Source: Raillietiella orientalis
Lineage: Eukaryota
Assembly: GCA_036172245.1 (NCBI GenBank)
Contig: JAYWIR010000013.1
Span: 1,116,001 to 1,180,000 of the forward strand
Direction of reading: 5' to 3'
Length of the DNA stretch: 64,000 nt
The notes under the pieces are model-generated. The model made no database searches. It was not told the DNA's origin and saw only the letters and a list, made by a program, of their open reading frames with translations. The position numbers were made by a program, and so were the translations under genes. Of this stretch, positions 1 through 12,329 are shown one piece after another (within the stretch, counting starts at the first letter, position 1; every line of letters starts with the position of its first letter).

Positions 1-1093
1 TTAGAAAATAAGGACACCAATTCTCCTCTACTTGGAATGTCGCTCTCAAACGCACATCTAAGCTTACAGCGTCAGTCGATTTGAGCAAAAGGAAATATGC
101 AAGCTATGGTAAATTTTTTCATAGGAAGAACTCCCTTTATCTGCAATCAAGTCAACCATTCTGAGTACGTATCTGGAGTTCACAAGGAGAAACTCCATGG
201 ATTGACTTCTTTTCTAAGGATGGGAAACCTCATGATCAAATTGATGTATATTACAAGAGACATAAAAAACATGCTTTCGAAATCAGTAATCGAATTGTGC
301 CACCCATGATTCCTTTCACTTTGCATAGAATATTTTTTTTTGCATAATATAATGTATGCTTCATACACGGAACACTATGCAGCTTATTTCTTGAATGTCT
401 CTAATTTCGCAAAATTGTGTCTGTTACCATAATATATCGATGCATATGCCCAGATATGACTGTCTTTCATGTATTTAATTTCATAAATTATATCTCCGTT
501 CTCTGTTTCCTGAGGCACATTTTTTTAAAGTCGATTCTTAAAGTTCTGTTTTGTTTCCTTTATGATTTTTCACTTAATAACACTAATTTATAACTAGCAT
601 TTTTTCATTTTGTAGTATCACAAGAAGAAACAATAGCGGAGCCCTTTCAAAAGCAAATCAGAGAACTCGGTATTATCTGACAGATCAGTGAGTAATTTAA
701 ACATTCGTCGTATTTATATATGACGAATGTTTAAATGAGGAACGAAATATCTAATCATTCTAAAGTGCCATTCTAGTATCAGCGTGTGATCATAAGATGA
801 TAAAAATGTCATTCGTAGGAAACATTGTAAAAACAGAAATAAGCTGCACTTACTTCTAACTAAAGAGATACTTTTCCTCCTCCTTTTCAGATCGGTAGTT
901 AAGCACTTACAATCGCAGAAAATTCTCCAATGATGATGAAAACGTTGTGGTTTTTTTAAAGGCTGATTCGAGCTCGCACGAAAGCGTTGGCATCCTTGAG
1001 AGGCATTAATCTCTTTTCGCTGAGCGTAAAGTACGACACACGTAAACAAAAATGTTAGTGTTCGGTTGAAGATGACGGTGTACGTGTGTAGTG

Positions 1094-1294
1094 TGACGTG
1101 AGGTTTGAAGTGACACATATCGATAGAAGTGCAACCCCGTAAAAATGTGATCAAGTACGTGCAATACCTTCAGCAGATACATGTATTTTTCAGGTAAAAT
1201 GTGTTGGGATCTCTGCACGCATCTCTAAAAGATTTAGACATACACGTTTACTAGTTCACGACAGTACGAAACGAAAGGGGGGTGACGTTCAGTC
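1094..1294 (+). promoter_or_regulatory. Possible core promoter: CRE-like TGACGT (1094), DRE TATCGATA (1118-1125), arthropod-type Inr TCAGTC (1289-1294)
   Basis: Exact motif matches upstream of the distal exon; short motifs can occur by chance. Confidence 0.35.
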
Positions 1295-1790
1295 CTGAAC
1301 ACTCAGAGCATTTATTTAAATGTTATGGACTGGCTGCTGCCGCGATAAAGGTGTAATGTAAATTGTATTATTTGTCAGAATCTTATGGTTTCGTGATGCA
1401 TTGCAACGATCCGTTAGTTCGTCTGACGATGTGTAGTTTTGAATAAATCATTCTCATTATGATACACGTGTATCAGTGTTATCTGTTTGAATAAGAAGAG
1501 GCGACTCCGTAGGGAAACACTTTGTACGTGAAAGTGCTCTGCTGCTTGGAGAATTACGTCTTGTTCATTAAGTGAGGGAAATTCACGAAATGAAGAACAA
1601 GAAAGTTACAAGCTTTCGTAAATTGTATTTACTAGTTGAATTCCCATACTTGTATTCTAAAATGCATGTGTATTGTTATTTTTCCAGCAAACTCATGGAG
1701 TTGGCTTAAACTATGTTAGTGAAATGTACCATCTTTCAGGCCAATATCTTCATTCAGCAGGGAAGGAATTATATTTTGTTCTGCCGTTTT

Positions 1791-1846
1791 ATGGAAGCTC
1801 CCACAGTAACCATCAATTACTCTAGCAATGGAGAAGAACCCAACAG
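1791..1846 (+). CDS. Candidate distal first coding exon (exon 1740-1846), MEAPTVTINYSSNGEEPN
   Basis: Acceptor ctttcag at 1733-1739, ATG 1791, donor AG|gtaaca at 1847; phase 2 matches the acceptor at 9253. Confidence 0.55.
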
Positions 1847-4800
1847 GTAACAGCATCGAAAAATTGAGTGACATGTTGAGAAAACCTTGGTTCCATGCTT
1901 GCTATTTAGGACAAGAATATCTTGTGGATGATTGAATTAATAAGAGTGTAAGGAACTAGCACAGCATTGTTGTGTGGGTTCACACAATGAAAATTCATCA
2001 GTGTATTACAGTTTTCAAGATGTTAAAACTAATCAAAATTATTGTATATCTATACACCTAAATTTCAGGTAACCTACAAACTGTTTGAAAAGTGTTGAAA
2101 AAGCAAGTGCTTTAAAATATGTGTTTTTTGTATTTCATTTGTATTTTTGTGTCAGGTTCATTCATCTCAAGTGTGTTTGACAAAGTTGGGATTTTATCTT
2201 TAGAAAATAAATGACCTGAATTTCGAGGATTCTGCTTATTAGTAGTTTCATCAGTGTATTTTTATGAATCCACATTAATTGAGTGTCATTAACATTCGAA
2301 AGTCAGATTTGCAAATTTTTTAATCATGGAAAAATTATGCAAAAATGATGCAAAAATTTGAATTTGGTGTCTTTTGAGAACAGATCATTTGGGGGCACTT
2401 GAAGCATTTTGCAATCCATGAATGATGGTCTCTTTATTAATCGAGGAAAAATGAAACACTGTACCAAACCATTAAAAAAAACTAAACCTCAAGTATTCCG
2501 TATACTAATATGTTGAAGCTGCTGTGAATGTTTTCTGCATAAATCAGCATTTGTTTGAATCCCAGTAATAGGCAGGTCTTGAAAAATTTTTGCATTCTTT
2601 GATTTTTTGATCGATTTTTTCTGGATAAATTATTGAAGTCTTTGGGAAAGCAGTGTCATTCATTTAAATGATGCAAGTTACAATGCAGTAATATGAAATA
2701 GACCACATCTCCGATTCATTCCCAATCTGTATCAGCATTCCATTTATATGAGAACATTTAGCTTTGATTTTTTGTTTCATTTTCACTGGCCACGGTTGGA
2801 TTTCCCAAACTATCACAAGAGTTTCCAAATCTTAAGTAAGAAGAGTATGTTGCTTTTCTGCCCCAATGCAATTCTTAGCTGTTTCAATAGCTGCCTTTAT
2901 TGTGTGCAACCAGTGCTTTATAGTTTGTTTTTTAAAATCTGTATGTCAAGTGAAGTCCAAATTGAAAATCTTATTATATGCCTTTTATTTTTCCATCAGT
3001 AATGCATTACTTAGTAATGATTACATTGATGTAGCATCGATGTTTTAAACCGATGTTGACATTGGACTGTCAACTTTCCAAGTGTTTTTGTGTTTTAACC
3101 GCTGTTACATCTGCTTGAGAACTGTCACCCCCCAGATAATGGCAGGTACCATCCAAGTTGACGTATGAGATTTCGAGAAATCGATCTCTTGCGAATGCAC
3201 GTGAAGATTCAAAAAAAGAAAAAAAAAAAAAACCCCTCCCCCCTCTTTATTTTATGTAGTTAGAGAGCATATCGACAAAATTTGTTTCTATAGATCAAAA
3301 CACTTCCATCTTCCAAAAGATGTTTTCAATGGTAATGCCCGCAGTTATTGAAAGCAAAAACATCTACGCAAAACAGAAAAGAAAAAAGCAGGAGGTTTCA
3401 GAGTAACCAATTTCGTGTTATAAGTTATTATTTATTTTTTTTGTTTCTAATGGAATATTCCCTCGGCTTCTCGTACTGTGCAGTCTTACCAACTGAATGC
3501 ATTCGGGTACGCGAGCTAATCATTTTCGCGTGTGAATGGTGATTTGTTCACATGTTTAGTGTGCACACACACACACACACATGCGTGTGCTGTAACCTCA
3601 TGTGCCGTAGATTGCTACATAGCTTTTCGAAATGCAAAGATCGAAGTAGTGTAAAACGAAAAGTGTCTACGGAATTTAAAAGTCAAGCTAACGGCGCACG
3701 TGCAAGTCCTCACTCCCGGAGTCGCAGAAAAATCGATGAGAGTTGCAACCAAGCAGTTGACTTTTTTGTCTTTAATGGAACTGTGGAAGCAGTTGACCGG
3801 GGTCGCAGGAATTCGGGAACACAATTTGCTAAACGTTTTGCGTTTTAGGAGGGTTGTACCCCTCCGCAACCCAACCACATTATCCAAACCAGCGGTGGCG
3901 AGCGTTTTTGCGCGCCAAAAATTTGCAAGCGGTGGTTAGCAGGGGTGCCGAACGTGCCAAAACTGATTATTGCAGAATTTCAACGAAATGGATTGAAAGT
4001 TAAGGCAATCCAAAGTAAAACAAAGAATTTCCTAAAGATTCGGAACTTGGCGCGCACATTTTTTTTTTTTTTTACTAATTGATGGGATTTTTGTTTTTTG
4101 CATTTTTGATGCCAACCAACCGATCGAGTAAAAATTGCTCTTGTGATTCATATTTTTTTTTTTTTTTTTCCACTTACTGACGTGCCAGCAAAATTTTTCC
4201 GTACATCCCACTACTGGCACGCGTGGCATAGGTCCGCCATCACCGAGCTTGAAGCATGCTGCCATGAGATGACGTAGTATTGTAAGCTAGCGGGTTCAGG
4301 CTAATAAATTTCGGTAAGCTGGTTGACCGGGCGTATTTCCTGGAGGCCTCTCATTTGGCGGAACCGCGTCCATCGCCATCCTAGTGTCGGTGTCGGTGCA
4401 GATGGTTCAAAGAGCGTTGCCATCCATTTGCGTAAAAGTTCGTAAAACTGAGCAGTGTGCTCCACTGAGGTGTTCTTCGGTGAATCAGGGCGTGCTTTTG
4501 AAACAAGGAATCCGCGAGATCAGGGAAGAGATTGACCAACCAGATTTGTTATCCATCGTGGTGATTTTGTTACATCATGGGCCTGCTCATTGAAATGCGT
4601 TAGATAACGGGGACTTACGGTTCCCATCCTTAATTATTCGCGTTTGCGGTCAGATTTGTTGCAAAAGCAGTCCCTCGACGGCGCTCGATCGAAGGAACGA
4701 AGTGCGTCATTGAAAACAAAACATCGTCGAGATGGGAGGAACACCAACGGGACAAGTAGGTTCGCAAGGCTCGTGGATCGGCCACCGGGTGAAGCAGTAG

Positions 4801-7800
4801 GCGCCTCCGTGGGGAAATAGGAAGTGGTGGCTCCCGTGATGTTGGATCAAGGCAAGTATCCTGACGATCGTGAGGGAGGAAAAGTGAACAAGGTTGTCGT
4901 GGGAATGGCCATGCTTTGAAGGAATGCCAAGCACGTGGATGGCTTCCCTGGGATGTGGTGATGCCCTCTCTGTTGTGGATTCTGTTTCCGGAGACTGCGG
5001 GCGGGTACGAGGGTGATCCCCTCGGGATCGAACCAGCTTTCTCAGACGTGCTGTATTTTTTTCATGCTATTTCTCGACAGAACTACGAAGAATAATCGTT
5101 ACGACTACACGACAAGAGGTTCATTTCACTTTACTACCGCTTAAATAACCGGTCAGAACCTTGACATTCATTCATTCATCTACTTGCTGAAAGTTTTTTG
5201 TGGTTTTAAGGTCTGTGAGGCATAAATTTTTCACAGGTGCGTTATTGTTTTTTATTTCGGATGGAGGATTTCGCATTTTTTTAGAAGAGGTTCTGAAAGG
5301 TACACGGAAAGCATGGTTTGGTGGATTAAGGACTTGTAGACTTTTGCAGACTTTAGCTGATGACCCCATAATTCTGTGTCTCTGATATTTCTCGCCATAG
5401 TCTGATTTCGGATGTCCATGGGATCTGTTTGTTTCTCCCATCGCATTTTAAACAGTGGTCTCAATCCCTGCAACAACAAGCCAAGTAATACCCGGTTTTT
5501 GAAAAGAACCGGAAACTTGTCCACTGGAGCATCCGGTCCTTTCATCTTAGTTCACTCTTCATTGCATGAAATGCAGTTCTGATGAGACTTCTGTTTCTCG
5601 TCGCTTCGGCCGATTTAAAAAAGTTGTGATTGCTTGCCATTTCGGATGTGTCCGTTTTGTTCCCCGTGCGTCTTAGTTCGCAGGCAACCATTCTTCGTAC
5701 TTGGTGTGGTCTTTTGTCTCTACAGATCATGTGCAGCCCTTTTTTCTTCTTCTTCTTCTTCTTGGAAAGTGGGTTTGCCAATGGGAGTTGTTGTGTAATA
5801 GCGGTAATCTTACCTTCCATCTCACAAATGGTTAAGTTTTGGTAGCCTTGTGAACCCCCGGTGTAACTGCTTCGATATTATTCTTTGCTGGCTAAGCATG
5901 AAGAAACAGCGCCCTATTTACTGCACATTTACTTATTTCAAGAACGCATGTTGGGTTCTTTAGCTGATTGCATAATCTCGTAATTCTTTGGTTGAGTTTT
6001 TGCGCTGGGCTTTTCCTAGGTGGAGTTTGGGTATCTCCCATGTGTTCATGCGTTTTGAAAATCGTTGCCCCTCCTGAAGAACTGAGATATGACGAGCACC
6101 TAACAAACCGACTTAAGAAGTTAGCAATTTCGTAACTTTTTTTTTGTTGTTGATGATGGTGATGATGATGATGAAGTTCCAAAGTGTAGAATGACTGTTT
6201 CAGACTTTGTGAAAGGCTAGGTGGAAGGACTTTTCCGAAGCCTTGGAGAGTTATGACGAAAAGTTGCAGGGAGCCGCTTTCGAGATCCACTTTATAGATC
6301 GGTCACCTGCGCTGTCCGCTTTGCGAATACCTCGAGCAGTCCACTTCACCTTGTGGTTTGCATAATCAGCAGGGATTCGATTTATGGTGTAAATATGATA
6401 TAGTGCAGGAAAAAAGTCGAGCATCGTGAGCAACTCGTTTCGCCCGCAGAGGACCTCTTTGTAATATCTGTGAAATCCTTCCACTGGCTTGTGGTTGCCA
6501 ACCGACTCGCACGATTGCCTCTTTCGCCTTGCTTGCGTAAGCAACGTCACCAGTGAACTTTCACTATCATCTGCCAATTCTTTTGTGAAACCCAACCATC
6601 CCCAATACGGCTGCTTTCGATTTTTCTTTCTCTTTTCCTGTTATCGCTGTTCTGTAACATGGCACTTACATTCCACTGCAGGCATCTTCGTTCAAGTGTC
6701 TGCTTTAAAAAAATTCGATGAACGATGAGTTTTCGGAAGCTTTTATCTTCGCGGTGACATCACGTGAAGCTGATGGAAATGAAACCAGGGAAACCCCAAT
6801 TTCGTGTTGGCATCCCTTTCGTAGTCACATCAAGCTGCGGAAGCCCGTGCAGACTTGTCAAGACGCAGAATTCTGAGCATAGTCAAGTGTTGTTTATCGT
6901 ATCTGTTTCATCTACATCGGAATGTGGAACACGTGAAGGTGCTCCTGGTGATTGGGACTGTGTGTGACGTCCTCTCCTCCTCCTCTCTTCCTTCCCCCCT
7001 CCTCCCCTTCTCAGGAAAGCTTCGGTTTGTGATTACTGTTGTGCCACCGAATCCCACACGTCATCACCGGTTTCCTCGCTGAGATTCGGGCGGTCTGGAG
7101 CAAAAGTGCATCCAGAAGCACCGAATGCAGCCTGTGGCCATTTTCCGGACTCATCGATGTGCGAGCGTTCTTCCCGGAAAGTTTACACCAACTCGGGGCA
7201 CACAATACGCTCACCTCGTCGCGGGTTTCCAAGCCGGGATTGTGAAGGGGCATTGAACCGTTGCCCGCTTTTCTTAACTGTAATTCTGGCTATTTTGATC
7301 AAGATTGAAATGAGCCTCGTGTCCGTTCACAGGAAGGGATTTTCGTTTGCAACTACGCAATGCCAGCCGACGGATTTTGGTCGATCTTCCGTCCTGCCCC
7401 GTGTACTCCCTCCGGTATGGTTCGTTCCGTCCACGTATTTCAGGGTTTTTCCCTCGCTTCCCGGACGGGTCCCTTTCACTTTCAACTGCATTTGGCGTTC
7501 GAAAACCGGATGTAATAGAAATTCTCATTGGACGTGACGAAACCATTTGATTGAGTGTCTAGCCGAGTGTTTGTTTCTTTGCACATCCCTATCATAGTGC
7601 GGTTCCTCGGTGGCCGAAGAAGCAGCTGAAATGGGATAGCTGGAGAGAAGCTGAAAAATCCTCAATTTGTGGGCTTCGATGGGTCCAGTGGATTGAATGG
7701 CTTTGTGTGGAACGTGTGCGTCAAACCACCGCATCCCGAAATCCTCCTCTGTCCTTTGTATGGTGCGTCGGTCGAATTTCGGAACATTCTGCTGCTGCAT

Positions 7801-8415
7801 AGATGAACTTCCCGGATGATGGTGATGTTTTTAAAATGTGCGTGAAACAACTGTTCGCCCCAAGCTTGGTCTTATTTCTCCAAAGGGAACAGCCGTGGTG
7901 TGGACGTTGTCCTGAGATTATGCTTGGACATTGTCCCTTGCTGCCCGTTGACAGCTGACTCGTTCCAGGAGCTTTTCCGATTCAAACTGCACCCGCAGTC
8001 GCTTCTGTGATCCTCGCCTCGAGGCATGGCGCTCTTGGTCAGCGCTTTTCTTTTCTTTGAGCGTCGTTTGCCTAATGGCGAACGAGGCTGATTCGGCCGC
8101 TCGTGATGTTTAAATGGAACGAAGAGACCTTCACTTCCAGCACAAATGCAACACAGTAATCGCTATTTGGATTTCATTTCACGAGATCCCCTCTTTTGTA
8201 CTACCTGATGCTGTAATCGAGCTGCACCCGATTTTTTTCCTGTATGTGATTCAATGCTCTCCTGGACGAGTTGTTGCCTTTTTAAAGCAGTCTTGCATCG
8301 AAGAATTCATACGTCGCTCCATGTTCGTGCACCGCGTTTGCTTTTTCTTTTTGTGTTTCTTTTGTTTTGGTTCTTGAGGTTCTCGAGATGGTAAGTGGCA
8401 CCGCGCTGGTCGTTG

Positions 8416-8451
<36 letters not shown>

Positions 8452-9765
8452 CCGTGTTGCACATAAATTTCGAAAGCGGCGTTTCTCGAAATTGGGCAGA
8501 ACTGAAGATGTTGATTTCTTGTTCCTTTCGACCCGGTTGGTTGCAGGCGGACCGAAGGGAGGGAGGGGAAGATTTGATTTTAGGGTGCGAGGAGGAAGAA
8601 AAAATCCGACGGCATCTTTCGATCTCTGTTACTGGATGTGTTTTTTACTTTTGCAGTGACAAAATGGAAAATCACATTGGCGGGATATGCAAACTTTGCA
8701 GATTGTTTCCTCCGTTGCTTCCGCCTTGTTGTTTTCATGTTTGGGGAGGAGGGGGGGAGGACAGGCGCCCCTCTAATGTGCACATGCGGTTCAAAAAGCT
8801 CTCAGCATGGGAGTGAGCTTATCTTATCTGACGCAGAGAGCAGCTTCGAAGGAACCCTGCCTATGCTCCTCTTTGATTTTCTGAAAGAAGCGCGTCTCGA
8901 GGATGCATTTTCGATTTATTTCTCCCGGTTCGCCGTCCCATCCTTTCGTGCTGTCACACCCACACTCGCGATTCACACTTTCGCTCGTCTTCTCCCTCCT
9001 TGGATAGCATTCCGTTCGTCTGATGTGTTCGTAGTGGTTGCTCATAATGAGAGTCCCCACTTTTTCCCGAAACGGGTGCGGACCACCGAAAGCTGGCGAG
9101 CAGGAGGCGTTGAGGCTTTTTGCCCAGAGTCGATGAGTTCCGCTTCTGCGGAGGACGCGGCGTCTTGGCGCGAAGAGAAGGAGACGTGGTCGGAAGGCCA
9201 CGTGGTGCCTGCCAGCTTCTTTAACCGGGTTTCCTTTGCTGTCTCCCCGTAGCTCACCCAGGAAAATGAGTGCCAGGGGATCCTCACTGATGAGAAACTT
9301 TTCGCAAATCTCTCAGCTCAACTCCGATTTGGATACCCTCAGTTCGAGCAAATACCGGCAAAAGAAGTTTCACAGGCACTTCAAGCAAGTTGACCAGAAC
9401 GAGAGAGTCATCGATGGTAAGACCCTGCCTTGTTTGCCTTAGGTTGTTTGTGTGTGTTAGCGAAACCAAAGCACTGCAATGCACTTTGCTCTCAAAGATC
9501 AACCACATCGAATGTAGATCACGGGGGAGGCTGTGTCAACAGCGAAGGTGTTTTCCTTTTTTTTTGAATCTTTCCCAAACGACCGGATTGTATCCTTAAT
9601 GTTGCGTCTTTCGTTCCGCGTATGACAATCGGGAATAATAATAATAATAATAACAAAAAAGATTCAGAAATTGTCATATGTTTTTTAGATTTCTCTTTCA
9701 AGCATGTGTGATTATTTAATCGAGATGTTTTGGCATAATGTTTGTCGCACGTGCTCCTAAAATAT

Positions 9766-9796
<31 letters not shown>

Positions 9797-11868
9797 CATA
9801 TATATATGTACACACGAACAACGGGCACGACAAATCAAAGCGTGTGATTCCCTAAACCACGCTCAGGGTGGTATTCTTTTTTGTGGGAGTGGACAAGGCA
9901 TTCCGCCTTGCCCACTTTTGTTGGATCAAAGGAAAAGAAATGCATGGCGTTTTGTTGGATGCGCTAGAAATCTGGAATTTTCCTGATCTTCGGGTGTATC
10001 CACCTCGGATTGTACGCTTCCGTGTTCCTTGAAACGACATTGCTTCCGTCGTAACCTCATCTTCATACAGTACAGATATATGGAGATGACATTGTTCGTG
10101 TTGCCGTTCCGTTCTTCAGGTTGACCTGAAGTATGTGCGTGCTGTGTACGTACCTGCGTATGTTAACTTTGGCGATGCTCTTCACTGTGGTGTACCTTTC
10201 GGAGTACTCCCGTTTCGTAATACCTTCATCTTTTATTCCTTTCCTATTTGTCATCACGTCTGTCGCGCTGTCTTATTGATCTGTAAATCGTTGTTCCTTT
10301 CCTTCCTCTTTGCAGTTCAGTTTCAATTTCGGATGCCTCGGATGCGGAACGCGACGCCTCATGCTTTGCCAGGGCAGAGCATGAGACGTTGCTTCGTCAG
10401 AGTTTGACAAGCTTTTCAGCTTCACAAGCTGAAGCCACGCGCGTCCGCAGTGAGTTTCGGTGCGACGTGAACTCTGCTTTACACTACTCGTACTTTTCGT
10501 GTATCACTCGGCACGGCGGCGTCACCCAGGCAACGCCGATGCGGTGGGCGATCCATTGACGCGTGCAGGCCGTTCGCGTTCGCGTAACAGCGACGGAAGC
10601 CATGTGTTTCCTGTATGCTTGTGCATGCACCTTCTTGGCGTGCTCTTGTAGCGTGCCGCCGGCTGTGCTCGAGATGAAATCCCCCGGGCAGTTCACCCCA
10701 TGAGAATTAGCTGCAGCCGAGCGTTCCCGTGATTGGTGCTTCCCGTTCGCTCCTATTTCTTCTTGCATGTGTTGAACCCATGTTGCGCTTTCCCCTGCAA
10801 GCACTTGGCAAAAAAAAAAAAAGCAAGAAGAAATTTTTTTTTCCCCCGGTTCCAGATTTTTCTTGCGCGTTGGTGGGCGATGTGTTGCTCCAGGGCCACC
10901 TGTACGTGACCGAGAACAGATTTGGTTTCCATTCGAATGTGTTTGGATACACAACCAAAGTGAGTCAGCTTCCTAGAGGATTCTCCGCTAGGTATAGCAG
11001 ACTGTGTAGATTCTCATACCTGTTGTTTCCGTTTTGAACATTACTAAAGAAAAGACGGCCAGGATATTTCCAAATGCTGTGGGTGTCGTCACCAAGGACA
11101 ACAACTACATATTTGGTTCTCTCCTTTCAAGAGACGCTACGTTCTTGTTGATGCAGAAAGTTTGGCAGCAGAGCAGCGCTTTAGAGGTACCCTCGCGAAA
11201 TAACCGCAGTTTCAGCCTCTGCTTCAAGAAAGTGGACAGTGCGGATTGCATCTTCAGCAACCCCAGCACTAGCATCAACGGGTCTCCGGATTCGTCAGAC
11301 TGCTCCACGAACGAGAACGAGGAGAGCACCTTCATAGACAAAGTCAGGAGGTCGCTCTCTTCGAGCTCCATCGATGTGAGGTGAGTCGGCGGTGGTGCGC
11401 CCGCGAAACCGCGCGCCCCTCCGCATCGATCGAAGGGGGGGAAGGGAAACAACGACAACAACAACAACGCCACGCAGAGAAAAGTGCCAAGTTTCCATGG
11501 TTCCCGTCAGCACTCGAGGCGGCAGCAACAACGGGTGGTTGGATTTCTTCTCGGACTGCACCTGCGACACTCCCCGGCTGCTTTTGATTGCCGTTGTGAT
11601 TCTTGTTCTCCTCACAGTGAGCCTTCTGGTGGCGATTGTCTGGAGGTCTCGATGCCCCACGCTCATCAGGTGACTCGACTGCCGGCTCGCGGGGTTCCTG
11701 ACCGGGAAGGGGGGATCGCTCCTCCGACCGTGCGGTTCCAGGTCCCGGTCCGACGGGTTGGAGCTGCAGAAGTGCCACCTGAGCGACGTCCAGAGGCAGC
11801 TGGAGGAACTCTCCCACAAGCTGGACGCGGCCAGCAGAAGGAGATACTCTCTGAACTCCTGCCACTGA
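1791..11868 (+). CDS. GRAMD2: Spliced GRAM domain-containing protein (GRAMD2A/2B-like: GRAM + TM + short coiled coil, no VASt domain). Model: join(1791-1846 or 8664-8812, 9253-9416, 10856-10959, 11010-11380, 11511-11669, 11742-11868)
   Basis: GT-AG introns with consistent phases give SKYRQKKFHRHFKQVDQNERVID-DFSCALVGDVLLQGHLYVTENRFGFHSNVFGYTTK-ILIPVVSVLNITKEKTARIFPNAVGVVTKDNNYIFGSLLSRDATFLLMQKVW (GRAM), then RLLLIAVVILVLLTVSLLVAIVW (TM) and LSDVQRQLEELSHKLD; TGA at 11866-11868. Confidence 0.85.
3890..4245. mobile_element. Decayed non-autonomous hAT (Charlie/OC1-like) MITE
   Basis: Left end CAGCGGTGGCGAGCG; right end GGCACGCGTGGCATAGGTCCGCCATCACCG resembles, from memory, the CAGTGATGGCGAACCT-type hAT TIR; 8-bp TSD not preserved. 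Confidence 0.5.
4300..8000 (-). mobile_element. Cluster of four decayed R2/NeSL-type (RLE) non-LTR retrotransposon fragments in intron 1
   Basis: Frameshifted motifs: ~5050-4300 Cys/His finger-like; ~5820-5350 MKGPD..DPMDIRN (RT0-1); ~6960-6250 SPG..NW..ISI, HRIF, TQARRKR, RGIRKADS (RT0-4); ~7980-7100 RVSC..RDNV to RFNAPSQSRLGNP (RT5 to pre-CCHC). Confidence 0.55.
8418..8450 (+). repeat. (TTA)n microsatellite
   Basis: Direct reading. Confidence 0.95.
8664..8812 (+). CDS. Candidate proximal first coding exon (exon 8657-8812), MENHIGG...KKLSAW
   Basis: Strong acceptor ttttttacttttgcag ending 8656, AAAATG context, donor GA|gtgagc at 8813; phase 2 matches 9253. Confidence 0.45.
9253..9416 (+). 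CDS. GRAMD2: GRAMD2-like exon, N-terminal part of GRAM domain
   Basis: cgtag acceptor, gtaaga donor; encodes SKYRQKKFHRHFKQVDQNERVID. Confidence 0.9.
9762..9808 (+). repeat. (TA)n/(TATACA)n microsatellite
   Basis: Direct reading. Confidence 0.95.
10856..10959 (+). CDS. GRAMD2: GRAMD2-like exon, GRAM core
   Basis: ttccag acceptor, gtgagt donor; FSCALVGDVLLQGHLYVTENRFGFHSNVFGYTTK. Confidence 0.92.
11010..11380 (+). CDS. GRAMD2: GRAMD2-like exon(s), GRAM C-terminal half and Ser-rich linker (may contain a 42-nt in-frame intron 11187-11228)
   Basis: Follows 50-nt intron 10960-11009; ILIPVVSVLNITKEKTARIFPNAV...; donor AG|gtgagt at 11381. Confidence 0.88.
11511..11669 (+). CDS. GRAMD2: GRAMD2-like exon encoding the transmembrane helix
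   Basis: cgtcag acceptor, gtgact donor, phases match; hydrophobic run LLLIAVVILVLLTVSLLVAIVW. Confidence 0.8.
11742..11868 (+). CDS. GRAMD2: GRAMD2-like terminal coding exon (coiled coil, stop)
   Basis: ttccag acceptor, in-frame to TGA 11866-11868; AATAAA ~125 nt downstream. Confidence 0.75.
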
Positions 11869-11993
11869 GTGCTGACTCCCACGACATCCGTTGCTTCCAC
11901 AAGATGATACACGAAAGATTTCCTGCGATGTTTTCCCGTTGTGTCGGTTTCGGTTTCCAACGAGACCGGCCCGAGCCTTCAGACTATTCTAAT

Positions 11994-11999
11994 AATAAA
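11994..11999 (+). terminator. Putative polyadenylation signal of the GRAMD2-like gene
   Basis: AATAAA 126 nt after the stop codon. Confidence 0.55.
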
Positions 12000-12329
12000 A
12001 AGGAAAAGAAAAACCGGAACGAGTGAGACGGGCAGCAGGCGCCCCTCCTCCCTCCCTCCAATCCTGCCCTCCTCGTTTCAAAAAGGAATTGCCCGAAACA
12101 GCTGACGTCGCGGGATTTCAAACGGGCAGCAGCCGGATTCGGTCGCTTGGTTGGGGAAAGCGCAGGCGTCTCGCCTTCCCACGGGGAGTTCGCCGTCGGG
12201 GCCCCCCGGTGCTCACGATGGCCGAGCGTTTTTCGGCACCAAGACAGGGCCGGGACCGGGATCGAAAAGGTTCCGGGTCTCGAAGCGAGGTGGGGAACCC
12301 CCGCGGAATCACGTGCACGGCGTTAGCAG

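Noticed and set aside
170..430. Protein-like open frame near the window start (GETPWIDFFSKDGKPH...)
   Set aside because: No recognisable family, and splice or start context is unsupported
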